Source: a virus | Direction: 5' to 3' (one strand) | IMG/VR virus record: IMGVR_UViG_3300044857_000472 | DNA: 64,000 nucleotides | In this document: positions 9,270 to 19,500 of the stretch, one piece after another | Layout: the number at the start of each line of letters is the position of its first letter | Position numbering within the stretch: the first letter of the stretch is position 1 | Notes under the pieces: model-generated | Told to the model about the DNA's origin: nothing | Database searches by the model: none | Seen by the model: only the letters and a program-made list of their open reading frames with translations | Made by a program: the position numbers and the translations under genes

Positions 9270-9965
9270 TTAGTGAACTACCTGACCTGAAGCACTCTCA
9301 TCAATATTCAAGAATTCCTCAACATCAATCTCATCCAGGAATTCAGCTCTGAAAATACCTTGATTGGTTACGGAGTTATGAATTGCTTCTGGAAGAACTG
9401 ATTCTAAGAAAAGTGAAAATCCTTCAAAGGAATTAAGAATTTCATGAACATCTTCACCTAGAGTAATCTCAATATTATTGATGATATCCAAGATTTTAAC
9501 AGTATTCATGTCGCTTCCAATATTACTAAGAACTTTAGTGTATGAAGGAGGAGACATGGTTAATTCTTTAAAAGAAAATAAAGTGAACAGCCTTTCCATA
9601 GAAATAGCAATTTGTTTAGAAGACATTTTATCGGTATCAATTAAAAATGGTTCGATAGTAGTAGATAGGTCACTGATGAAGTTTTTATCAGTAAACATCA
9701 ACCCTAAGAAGCATGTAATAGTTGCTTCAACTACATTAGCCATAATACCGAATTCATTTGGAAAAGCTTCTAATCCTTTTAGAATATCCAATTCTAAATC
9801 GGTAAAATCATCTTCATCATAACCAATATTACCTTCCTCATCATATGATAATCGTTCTATTAGAGATAGAACGGCTTCAATTTCTTCAGCATTATATAAA
9901 GTTTTAAATACTTCAGGAGGAAGATTCAGGCCTTTACAAAGAGAAGTATATTTATTAGTGTGCAT
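9270..9965 (-). CDS. Hypothetical acidic protein (231 aa)
   Basis: Long ORF overlapping the upstream ORF by 11 nt. Confidence 0.7.
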   Translation of the reverse strand: MHTNKYTSLCKGLNLPPEVFKTLYNAEEIEAVLSLIERLSYDEEGNIGYDEDDFTDLELDILKGLEAFPNEFGIMANVVEATITCFLGLMFTDKNFISDLSTTIEPFLIDTDKMSSKQIAISMERLFTLFSFKELTMSPPSYTKVLSNIGSDMNTVKILDIINNIEITLGEDVHEILNSFEGFSLFLESVLPEAIHNSVTNQGIFRAEFLDEIDVEEFLNIDESASGQVVH

Positions 9966-10569
9966 TCTGTTTAACCTTATTTTGAATTTCGATTATGGTT
10001 TCTACTGGAATTACCTTTACTAATTTACTAATTTTTGTGTTAAGTAGATTTACTATATCTGGTAAAGAGGATATAAACTCCATTTCAGATTCAGATAAGT
10101 AAAATGATACGTGGAGCTGTATGAATGCCAGAATATCTTTTTGGCTAGCAGATAAAGGAGTCCTTCCAGGAGACAATAGAAATAACTCAGCTGGAGAAAG
10201 TTTGCTTATCAAATCTAATACTTTTTTACCTTTAATCCTATTATTAGTATATGCTGAATAGGGAATAGCTATTGCTTTAACAAATTCATGAAATTTGATT
10301 GTATAAAGTATAGAAAGCCCTAAAGTCATAAAGACTATAGTTTCTGTATAAGAGAAATCTTTGTTATTCTTTATTGTCTCTATGAGCTTTTCTGATACTA
10401 AATTACTTTTAAGAGTAGCTAACCCATTTTCGCTTATATGTACTTCCAGTAATCCTTTTCGAATTATATTTAGATCACCTATTGTTATATCTGTATTATT
10501 TAATTCATCAATAGATGTTAAAAAAAGTGATGGAGATTTCTCAATTAGATTGTTTATACTAGCTTTCAT
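9955..10569 (-). CDS. Hypothetical protein (204 aa)
   Basis: ORF with GAGG SD and an upstream promoter motif. Confidence 0.7.
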   Translation of the reverse strand: MKASINNLIEKSPSLFLTSIDELNNTDITIGDLNIIRKGLLEVHISENGLATLKSNLVSEKLIETIKNNKDFSYTETIVFMTLGLSILYTIKFHEFVKAIAIPYSAYTNNRIKGKKVLDLISKLSPAELFLLSPGRTPLSASQKDILAFIQLHVSFYLSESEMEFISSLPDIVNLLNTKISKLVKVIPVETIIEIQNKVKQNAH

Positions 10570-10627
10570 TAAAAGGCCTCTTCAAAAAAATTTACCTACC
10601 CGACCGCCCTCACATTTGATCACAAAG

Positions 10628-10637
10628 ATAATATATC
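10628..10637 (-). promoter_or_regulatory. Early-type promoter motif
   Basis: GATATATTAT on minus, upstream of 10569. Confidence 0.6.
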
Positions 10638-10656
10638 ATTGATGAGAAAGTTAAAT

Positions 10657-10688
10657 TTCCCCTATAGATTCTGAGATCTATAGGGGAA
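10657..10688 (-). terminator. Terminator hairpin
   Basis: TTCCCCTATAGAT-tctgag-ATCTATAGGGGAA after the stop at 10693. Confidence 0.7.
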
Positions 10689-10692
10689 TAAT

Positions 10693-11295
10693 TTAAATCA
10701 TATAAGAGAATAGTACTTCTAAATCTTCATCAATATCAGCATTTTCATAAGTTGGGAAAAGACATGCTGAAAGATTCATAAAGGAAAACATCAAGTCTCC
10801 CATTTCTGGATCTTCTTTGATTACATCTGAAATACGATTCTCGATACCTTCCATATCTAGACCTTCAGTAAGACGATCTGCAATTTGAATGTATCTTTCT
10901 TCTTCAGCTTCCTTTTTCTTAGAGATACGGGCTAGAATAACTCCTAGTGCTCTAGATAAAGGGAAAGCGATTTCATCGTGAATTAAACGTTGACGGTTAG
11001 CTAAAACTTCTTTCAGAAGAGTCTCTTTACCCTCTAGTCGAAAAACCTTCTTAGGAAAATTTTTCTCAGCTAATTCTAAATTGAAGTTTACAGACACGGA
11101 TGGCCTGATCTTATCAATAAATTTAGCGGCACGTTTAGAAGTAAAAGAAACATATGGAGATTCTTCTACTAATTCACGAATAATTACTACTAAGTTATCT
11201 CTATTGATGAGAGAAGATAAGGTTTTTCTAAACAGTAGGATCTGTTCGGAAAGCTTTTTATTATCTTCACTCTCAAGTAAGCTTTCGTCCAACAT
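10693..11295 (-). CDS. Hypothetical protein (200 aa), possible head-associated protein
   Basis: Helical ORF; N-terminus MLDESLLESE has an LLxE-like motif. Confidence 0.65.
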   Translation of the reverse strand: MLDESLLESEDNKKLSEQILLFRKTLSSLINRDNLVVIIRELVEESPYVSFTSKRAAKFIDKIRPSVSVNFNLELAEKNFPKKVFRLEGKETLLKEVLANRQRLIHDEIAFPLSRALGVILARISKKKEAEEERYIQIADRLTEGLDMEGIENRISDVIKEDPEMGDLMFSFMNLSACLFPTYENADIDEDLEVLFSYMI

Positions 11296-11350
11296 GGTAA
11301 GACCTTCTGAGGTGAATTGATTTCTAAAAAGAGGTTTAACTAGTTATTTT

Positions 11351-12448
11351 TTATAGGTATTCTATTGAAAGACTATTAACAGATTTACTTGGAGAGTTTA
11401 TGACAGTATTCTGTATAGTGTACCCTTCATAAGTATAAGGTAGTGTCATGTGTATACCGTTACTTGGAATAAGAATACCGAAATTAATACCAAGTGCCCC
11501 ACTTTTAAGATCACTTAGAAGTTTCTTATAATCTATACCAACCATTGTAAAATCTACAGCTTCACCTCTACTATGTCGGCTAAAGCTACTACCAGCAGCT
11601 ACGCTATTGATTTCAGAGCGACTTCCTATACCGAAGAACACTTTAATCTGACAGGAAGGGGCTGTGGTATTACCGTAGTAGAAATTGTACAAAGGTAGCA
11701 AAATTTCATTATGTACGCGCTTAAGATTAGCTACTTTAGATGGGGTAATAAAAAGTTTTTCGGAATTAGAGTAAATATAGTTATCTAATTTAAATACTGG
11801 TTCGAAGCATTTAAAGACACTCTTATTTATATCTATACCATTATCAAATTCATAATTAGGAATATTATAAATGGGGTTTCCAGATTCTCCAAAGATATCA
11901 TCCGTTGTTAAATCTGAGCCATCCCCATTATTACCATCATTATAATCGGGTGGTACTATTACCAGATTATTTTCACCATTATTTATATTATCATTACCAT
12001 TGTTATTATTGTTTAGATGATCAATAATAGCATTCTTATCAGAATCAGATAAACCATCGGGGAATAGTGGTTTTGTATAACCTCCATTACCGCCATTATT
12101 ATATTTGTCATCTATATCAATAATTCCACCACCTTGACCTCTACACAGTAGATCATTATAATCATTAATCAGATTATTATATGTATTGTCAGAGATATTG
12201 TTATAGTCTGATACATCATATCTTCCGCCACTATTATTTACATTATTTATATCGTCTACTAGCTTTTGCATAGCAAAGATATTAAGACCGTTCCAATTAC
12301 CGAAAGCGTTCTTTAATGTATTATTATTGGCGCAGTTTAATAATCCCAATAGGAAATTTAATAGGTTAAATGGTAAATTCTCTTTTAAAGAATTCACTAC
12401 ATCTTCCTTAGTATTCCCATAGCAGTTTAAACTACATGGCTTACTCAT
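11351..12448 (-). CDS. Virion/baseplate protein with C-terminal peptidase M15-like domain
   Basis: Asn/Gly/Asp-rich linker, then SRHSRGEAVDF and GIHM zinc-ligand pattern. Confidence 0.6.
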   Translation of the reverse strand: MSKPCSLNCYGNTKEDVVNSLKENLPFNLLNFLLGLLNCANNNTLKNAFGNWNGLNIFAMQKLVDDINNVNNSGGRYDVSDYNNISDNTYNNLINDYNDLLCRGQGGGIIDIDDKYNNGGNGGYTKPLFPDGLSDSDKNAIIDHLNNNNNGNDNINNGENNLVIVPPDYNDGNNGDGSDLTTDDIFGESGNPIYNIPNYEFDNGIDINKSVFKCFEPVFKLDNYIYSNSEKLFITPSKVANLKRVHNEILLPLYNFYYGNTTAPSCQIKVFFGIGSRSEINSVAAGSSFSRHSRGEAVDFTMVGIDYKKLLSDLKSGALGINFGILIPSNGIHMTLPYTYEGYTIQNTVINSPSKSVNSLSIEYL

Positions 12449-12701
12449 ATATAGTAAAACCTCCAGTAAGTTTTCTATCTAGATATACGGACTGGAATAA
12501 AAGCTCATAGTCAATACCTGTAAATTTAAGGAATAATTGGTTCTTTAGAGCTTCAATAGCTCTATCTGTTACCGCATTATTACTATTGGCATTAGACTGT
12601 TGAACTTTTACATAATTTTCTACAGCGGTCTTAACTATTCTTTTTACGGATTCGTTTAGCTGCCTGTTGTCTAAATACGATAGCCTTTCAGTACTTTCCA
12701 T
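12441..12701 (-). CDS. Hypothetical protein (86 aa), tail module
   Basis: Overlaps both neighbouring ORFs. Confidence 0.65.
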   Translation of the reverse strand: MESTERLSYLDNRQLNESVKRIVKTAVENYVKVQQSNANSNNAVTDRAIEALKNQLFLKFTGIDYELLFQSVYLDRKLTGGFTIYE

Positions 12702-14131
12702 TATACCACCTTATACCTATTAATGATCTCTTGTACAGAATAGATATCTTCTATGCTATCTACCTTAATAGTATTAGAACCAGTACAATTCTTGGCACCA
12801 TGTAAATATATTAATGACTTATCATTAAGTACTTTATCAGTGGTTATCCACAGTTCATCAATATCTGGGAAGATTTCAACCGTATACTCATCTTCGTTTA
12901 AAAGATTATTTGAAGAGTCATAGATTTCAAATCCACATAATCTAATAGATATACCGTCTATGAAATATTTATGTGTTCCGTCTTCATATTTATAGTAACT
13001 AGTACTTTCTAAGTCACCATTAGTTAGATCTATATACTGACGAAAGTTAATTAGATTTATATTACTATTATTATACGTATCAAAAACAATAATAGCTAAA
13101 CCTTCTTTTGGTTGCTTGAAGGTAATATTTACTTGCTCTTCTGTTTTACCAGTAACCGTAAAATCTGTAGTAAAGGTATAATTGGAAGAGTCTCTCTCAA
13201 ATATAAATAATCTAAACGAATCTATCCCTAAATTGTGATTTATTTGCCATTCTTTAAGTAAGCTATTCTGTTCAAAGAAATATGTACTTAGTCTTCCAGG
13301 AAGAATCTGTTTACTGAATAATCTTTTAATGTTATTAGTCACATCTGATTGGAAAGTGGAATTGGAATAGGCTACTGTTTCATTACTCATATAAGTAGAT
13401 TTACCTATATAGGTTAAAAACTTATCAACCAATCTAACTTTTAAATCAGCAATTGCTTGTTGCAATGTATTGTCATTAAAATAATATTTATTGTACACTT
13501 TATTCCTATAAAGATCTATAGGATTTCCAGTTTTAATTAGAATATTAGTGCTATTAGCTATAGATGATATAATATACTGAGAATATTTTTTATCATCATA
13601 CATATCTGGATGAAGAATTTCATCATAATAATTAGATTTTACCGCTACATCTTTTACAGGGTCATTAGTTTTCTCAGGAGGTAGCAAAGATGAATTTACA
13701 GTAATATCACTATGCTTTAAACTATTATAATTACTTCTGGCTCTCTTGAGAATCTCTTGACCGTAATACGGCTCTAAGTAATAGGATAAATCTGGAAGAG
13801 AAGAAGTACATTTAGTAATATTTATTTTAGGTACAGTTTCGATAGGTTTAGTATCGTATATACCATAAAGTACTACTATGACTCTATTTTGTTGATCTTC
13901 CATAGTTATATCTGTAATTACTTCGTCATTAAACTTTTTAACTATTACTTCTTCCATGTAGCTAAAAGGTAAAATCGAAGTAGTGTCTTCATCATCTGGC
14001 GCAGATGATGAAGATTCTTTAATCTTATTAAAAAGACTTACTGCGTTTTTATACCTATCGCTTTCAAAAAAGGAACTTCCTTGTTCCTTTAAGAAAGACA
14101 AAGGTATATTCTTTATGAATACATCAGCCAT
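12701..14131 (-). CDS. Putative virion structural protein (476 aa)
   Basis: Long ORF in the late-promoter operon of tail genes. Confidence 0.6.
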   Translation of the reverse strand: MADVFIKNIPLSFLKEQGSSFFESDRYKNAVSLFNKIKESSSSAPDDEDTTSILPFSYMEEVIVKKFNDEVITDITMEDQQNRVIVVLYGIYDTKPIETVPKINITKCTSSLPDLSYYLEPYYGQEILKRARSNYNSLKHSDITVNSSLLPPEKTNDPVKDVAVKSNYYDEILHPDMYDDKKYSQYIISSIANSTNILIKTGNPIDLYRNKVYNKYYFNDNTLQQAIADLKVRLVDKFLTYIGKSTYMSNETVAYSNSTFQSDVTNNIKRLFSKQILPGRLSTYFFEQNSLLKEWQINHNLGIDSFRLFIFERDSSNYTFTTDFTVTGKTEEQVNITFKQPKEGLAIIVFDTYNNSNINLINFRQYIDLTNGDLESTSYYKYEDGTHKYFIDGISIRLCGFEIYDSSNNLLNEDEYTVEIFPDIDELWITTDKVLNDKSLIYLHGAKNCTGSNTIKVDSIEDIYSVQEIINRYKVV

Positions 14132-14132
14132 G

Positions 14133-14669
14133 TTATTTCCTATATAGGATAGTAACTTCTACTCTTGGCTTACAACTAAAGAATTTAGAATGATTACCAT
14201 GAATAATTACACCGTCATCTGTGTATAAGAATCCATTTAATGCATCATAAAATAATTTCTCATAGTTATCTAAGTCAGGTTTAGTAGTTGGACGAATAAT
14301 ACCTAATTCTGCAAGAACTGCATCTTTTTTACATAGCTTTTTAGGAGTCTGTCTGTAAAACCTAGCAGTGAAATAGATTTCTTTACTAATAGGCTTAAAA
14401 TCATTACCTATTGCAAATCTTACTTGTTCATTGACAAACTGCTTAAATGATTTATCAGGGTCAAAGAAATGAGTAAAATTACTGGTAATCCTAGCCCTTG
14501 CCTGTGCTTTAGGTGTACCATAATAAGTAAATTCAATCTTTTGGTAGCTACCAGAATCCATGTATTTCTCATACTCAGATTCTATTAAGGACTCATCCTT
14601 TTCAGTAAGATTAAGTTCTTCTAGTAATGTACCTGCAAGATCTTTCATTAAATCAGTAGGTTCAAACAT
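14133..14669 (-). CDS. rusA: RusA-family Holliday junction resolvase
   Basis: PKAQARAR, TTKPDLDNYEKLFYDALNGFLYTDDGVI (D-x2-N-x2-K...DAL...DD), PRVEVTI. Confidence 0.85.
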   Translation of the reverse strand: MFEPTDLMKDLAGTLLEELNLTEKDESLIESEYEKYMDSGSYQKIEFTYYGTPKAQARARITSNFTHFFDPDKSFKQFVNEQVRFAIGNDFKPISKEIYFTARFYRQTPKKLCKKDAVLAELGIIRPTTKPDLDNYEKLFYDALNGFLYTDDGVIIHGNHSKFFSCKPRVEVTILYRK

Positions 14670-14699
14670 TAAATAATCCTTTGTTTATTAAAAAACTCA

Positions 14700-14712
14700 C
14701 TATTTTAATGTT
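14700..14712 (-). promoter_or_regulatory. Late-type promoter AACA-N6-TAG
   Basis: AACA-TTAAAA-TAG upstream of rusA. Confidence 0.65.
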
Positions 14713-16084
14713 AGTAGATACCGAAATAACGACGAACTTTAAGCGACTCTTCATTCATCCAGTTGTATGGTTGAATAAATTTAGTAAGAGTATCTTTAGA
14801 CCAGTTTTGTACATAGTTTCTTGCGCTAACGTCCATTACTGAATATAAGCTCATACCACCCATGTTACTCAAGAAAGCTGAAGTCCCTAAGTTAGTAGCA
14901 AACTGATCAAAGCTTAAAGGTAGACTTAAGTTAGCATATAAGTCCTGAATAGACAAAGTTCCTTCAATAATAAGTGGTAAGCCTCTATTATTGAATAACT
15001 TCTCATCACCACCCTTAATGAATGATAAAGCTGTTACAACACCCATAGGGCAACTGAAATATCCAGGAGCATCAACTTGCATAATAAATGGTGAAGTATA
15101 ACCTGAAATATTATCCTGTCTTGGTAGAGCTGCAGTTAGCATAGCTAAGAAAGGGAATAATACATGGTAGAATACACTACGGTCGTCACCGTAAGGAGAC
15201 ATGAATCGGAAATATAATTCATAGCTTCTTGAGAATTTACTATCATCAAATACTTGAGGGAATTGGAAGGAAGAACCAGCTAATGTACGACTAGCTAATT
15301 CGTTCATATTACCAACCGCTTCAAGATTCGAATCAGAAGACTTAACTACTGATTCAGCATTCATACCAGCTATATTGGCTGCACCACCTAAGAATCTAGC
15401 CTGTTTAACGGCACTAGATATACTTTTTTGAGTACTTTCTAATACGGACTGAGTAAAACTATTATCTACTGATTCAGAAATAGATGTAGCTTTATCTACC
15501 CATACTTTAAAGCCACGTAACATTATATCTTCAGATACATTGGAAGCAACTAAATCAGATACAAATCCAGTTACACCTTGGTTCCAACCAAATACAGATG
15601 TACCTACACGGTTAACCATTATCTGTAAAGCTCTCATGAATCCCGCTACATCCTGTTTAAAGGTATAGTATCTTAAATCACATTGCTGTGATAATAGGGC
15701 ATCTTGAGTATCTTGACATAAACTAGCAATAGCTCTTTCATCAGGTACTGGAGAGTTTAATAAAATATCAAGCTTTTCTCTATGAGCAGTAAGAATTGTA
15801 TTAGCTTGATCAACCATACTCTGATTAGTATATGGTACTCCTGGAACAAAGTTCACAATAGTATCATTTCTTAGAAGAGTTCTTTGAAAAACTCTCTGGT
15901 TTGGGTCGGCTTTAGGGTTGAACGCTAAAGGTTTACCAAAGATAAATCCTGCATTGTCATTATAAAGATTTGAGTAAGGGTTATCACCAACCGCAAAACT
16001 TTTACCTGTATTGGAGTTTGAAACCCCCGATACATATGACGTAGCAGTATTTAATGCATTCATCGCTGTGTTGATGATTTCCAT
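14711..16084 (-). CDS. Putative baseplate hub / tail-tube-initiator-like structural protein
   Basis: Position next to the tape-measure-like gene; beta-rich C-terminus (FRFMSP...YTSPFIMQV...GLPLIIEGTLSIQDLY). Confidence 0.45.
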   Translation of the reverse strand: MEIINTAMNALNTATSYVSGVSNSNTGKSFAVGDNPYSNLYNDNAGFIFGKPLAFNPKADPNQRVFQRTLLRNDTIVNFVPGVPYTNQSMVDQANTILTAHREKLDILLNSPVPDERAIASLCQDTQDALLSQQCDLRYYTFKQDVAGFMRALQIMVNRVGTSVFGWNQGVTGFVSDLVASNVSEDIMLRGFKVWVDKATSISESVDNSFTQSVLESTQKSISSAVKQARFLGGAANIAGMNAESVVKSSDSNLEAVGNMNELASRTLAGSSFQFPQVFDDSKFSRSYELYFRFMSPYGDDRSVFYHVLFPFLAMLTAALPRQDNISGYTSPFIMQVDAPGYFSCPMGVVTALSFIKGGDEKLFNNRGLPLIIEGTLSIQDLYANLSLPLSFDQFATNLGTSAFLSNMGGMSLYSVMDVSARNYVQNWSKDTLTKFIQPYNWMNEESLKVRRYFGIY

Positions 16085-16094
16085 CTATCACCTC

Positions 16095-16454
16095 TTAACG
16101 ATAATCCCATCTGGATTTATTTGCTCTTACATCAATATGAGTAAAGGTATTGTACATACCGATACCATATTTATCAGGATATTTGTTAAGAAGATAAGTC
16201 GCCACGCTATTAGGAGAAACACCATTAATGCGTATATCCGCAGCCATCCCTTTTAAATGTTGACTGTTTTTAGAACCTTTTTCTTTAGCATTATGAGTTT
16301 CACAGCGATTTGCTGAATTAATGATCAAGGGTTTACCAAAATGAGTACGAACATCTTCAATAACTTCGAGCAATTCCTTATCTACGGCATTGAAACCGCA
16401 ACCGCATTTACATGCAAATTCCTTTCTATTAAAATGAGTTGAAATGTCACCCAC
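16095..16454 (-). CDS. Peptidase M15A-type zinc D-Ala-D-Ala peptidase / endolysin
   Basis: HFNRKEFACKCGCG, SANRCETHN, SQHLKGMAADI, FTHIDVR; GTG start. Confidence 0.9.
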   Translation of the reverse strand: MGDISTHFNRKEFACKCGCGFNAVDKELLEVIEDVRTHFGKPLIINSANRCETHNAKEKGSKNSQHLKGMAADIRINGVSPNSVATYLLNKYPDKYGIGMYNTFTHIDVRANKSRWDYR

Positions 16455-16484
16455 AATTTTCTCCTTAAAGATTCATAAAAAAGA

Positions 16485-16514
16485 ATCCCCTGTAGAAAAT
16501 AATCTACAGGGGAT
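16485..16514 (-). terminator. Terminator hairpin
   Basis: ATCCCCTGTAGA-aaataa-TCTACAGGGGAT after the tape-measure-like gene. Confidence 0.7.
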
Positions 16515-16517
16515 ATA

Positions 16518-16530
16518 CTATTTAAGTGTT
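16518..16530 (-). promoter_or_regulatory. Late-type promoter AACA-N6-TAG
   Basis: AACA-CTTAAA-TAG upstream of the M15 peptidase. Confidence 0.6.
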
Positions 16531-16538
16531 AGTAACTA

Positions 16539-19500
16539 TCAACCAGCACCACCTTGAGCAATTCTTCTAGCTCCTTCACTTGGGTAAAGGTCATTTAAGC
16601 CTTGATCAAAGAATCTTCTATTACTACCTACTCGTTCATCTTTACCTGAACGACTAGCCGCACTAGAGGATCTGTTGCTATAATGAATACTTTCTGAAGT
16701 TTCATCAGCGGAAGTATTCTCTGCAACAATACCGGTATCTGTCTTAATTCCAGTAAGTATTTCATTAGTTTTCTTAATGAGTTCTGCCAGAGAAGAGCTT
16801 GCATCTGCATTAGCGATGTTATCTTTAATCTGAGAGTACTTAGCTGGATCTGCAGTCACTATAGCATTATTAACAGCTTGTGCTTTAACAACTTCCTGAG
16901 AAGTCATAGAAGGACTTGCCGTAGCTACACCAGCGGTTACATTACCGTTACCAGTTGTAGGCATTGCATTCATAGAAGACTTCATAGCCACTTGAGCAGT
17001 TGGTCTGTTAGGATTGCTACCTACTGTTGGTCTACCATTACCAGTTTCAACTTCTGCAGTACTTGATACTAAATTAGGATTAAGTCCTTTAGACATACCT
17101 ACTAAGAGTGCCGAAGGATCAAATCCTGAACTACCATTAGCTGAAGTAACTGCATTGTTTATACCAGAAATAGCTCCGGCAGTACCTTGTGAAATTCCAC
17201 TACTTGCATTAAATGCTGGTAAGCTATCAGTTAAATCACCACTATCACCACCACCTTTCATTTTAACTGCAACAGCCCAACGACGTAAGAATTCGTTAGG
17301 GTCAGATGTAGCTGCCTTATTACCATCTTGTGGACGGTTATTAGACATATTACGAATAGTAGTTTGATCAAGAGGTGTACCATTTTTAGCTGCATTATAA
17401 ATCTTAACTATACCACCTGGGCCTTGCTGGTGTGCCAGATAAACAGAAGTATTATCAATTGGAACTCCTTTGGACTTCATGTAATTGATATTTTTCTTAA
17501 TAAATCTTGCAGCAGCAATAGAGTTAAGATAAGGGTCAAAGATATCACCATTTGGATTAGGGGAGTTTTCTCTCCATGCATCCGGCCCCATCTGATATAA
17601 CCCTTTGAAGGTACCATTTCCAGGAGACATTGCTCTCGGATTACCGTTAGACTCGATTTTGGCCATAGTCATCATCAAGCCTACTGGAACACCTTCTTCG
17701 TTCGCAGCTTTTGCTATAGCTTCAGAAATACTGCCTTGGAAACCTTTATATTCTGGAGAAGTAACGCCATCATCAGTACCATTTCTGATATTTTGAGCAC
17801 GTTCTTGATACGCCCATGCATCTTCACCATCTTTAGCAGATTTTCCGCCAGAAGTATAAGACTTAATAAATGCATCTTTAGCTTTCGCTTTATCTCCACC
17901 AGAATCCTTCATGGATTTCTCATAGTTAAGTTTCTCCTGCATTACTGAAGAAGATTCAATACCAGTAGGTATTTTATCTGCAACACTAAAGCTAGCTATG
18001 CTTTTCGTTAGACCATTAACGAATTCCATAGTATTTGAAGAACTAACTATTGCAGCTTTTTCATCTGCAGCTTGTTTATCAAGTTCTTTGTATTGTTTAT
18101 CGGCTTCTTCATCAGAAAGTAAGAATGTTTTATTCTTAATAGCAACGATAGCTCTAGCTGCCATCATCTTGATATCTACACCAAGACCGCCTACAAAGTT
18201 CATCGCAGAGTTAACAACGTTACCCATTAATGATACTACAGTAGTAAGAATACCTTTAACTAATCCTTCTACTAAAGTTGCTGCAATACGAGGTAATGCT
18301 TTAGCAACAGACATTACGGCACTACCAATAGAACTAAATAGACTTCCCATGATGCCAGGTTTTTTCTGAATTACCTGACCAGTTTTTTCATCAATTTTAG
18401 GAGTTTCTTCGGCATCACCTAAGAACCAACCATTAATCATTTCTGGAATTTTACCTACTAAACCAGATATTTTATTTGGAAGTTCTTGAGCATACTGAGA
18501 AATTCTGTCAGGAATTTCAGCAAAGTAATCCGTCATACCAATAATAGGTTTCTTAAAGGTTTCTATCAGGTGAGGGATTGCTCCTTTAACTGCACCTACT
18601 AAACCACCAATAATTGCACCTACTGCAGTACCAACTCCAGGAATTACAGAACCAATTGTAGCGCCCCAACCAGCATATGATGCACCTGTACCCATTACAT
18701 CATTACCAGCAGTACCTTTATCAAAGAAAGTATCTGCAAGGCCACCACCAATGGCACTTATACCAAAGCCTTTCCAGCCACCTTTAAGTAGTCTACCACC
18801 AAAGCCTTTAACAGCTCCACCGATACCACCACCTGTAGCAAGTCTTTCACCAGCTTTAGTAAAGAATCCTTTAGCGCCATTAATAGCTCTAGAGAACATA
18901 CCACCACCAGATTTAGCTGCATTTGCAGCACCTTCTGCGGCTCCTGCACCACTTCTTGAGAGACTACCACCTTCAGCAACAGTTTTACGAGCATTAGCTA
19001 ATTTTTCAGCAATTTTGTTACCACTGGTCTTAGCGGATGCCTGTTTTTCAGCTATTGCATTTCTTGCATTAGCCAACTTATCTGCTGATTTAGCAGCTCT
19101 ATCTTTGATTGCCTGTCTTTCAGCTTTTGCAGCAGTATATCTATCAGCTATATTACCTTTACGACCAGCTCTACCCAATTTCCCTCTTCCGCGTCTTCCT
19201 GGAAGATTATCAATTAGATCACCAGCCCTTTTACCAAAGACAAGGGTTGCCACATTTTTAGCTATGGTACCGATAAGACTCATTAAACCTTTACTCATTA
19301 CAGTAATAGCTAATAGAATTTTACCGAAGATACCACCACCTTTAAGTATACCTGTTAAAGCACCTAAACCTTTAGCTAATAATCCGCCACTGAATAAAGA
19401 ACCAAGAGCATTAGCAATTTTACCAAAGATACTAGTATTATCTTTTTCTTTAGCTTTGTCTCGTTTAGAGTTAAGTAAAGAACGATCTTCTACTTTATCC

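Noticed and set aside
11880-12250. AAT/GGT-rich low-complexity DNA
   Set aside because: Explained by the Asn/Gly/Asp linker of the 11351..12448 protein; not a DNA repeat element.
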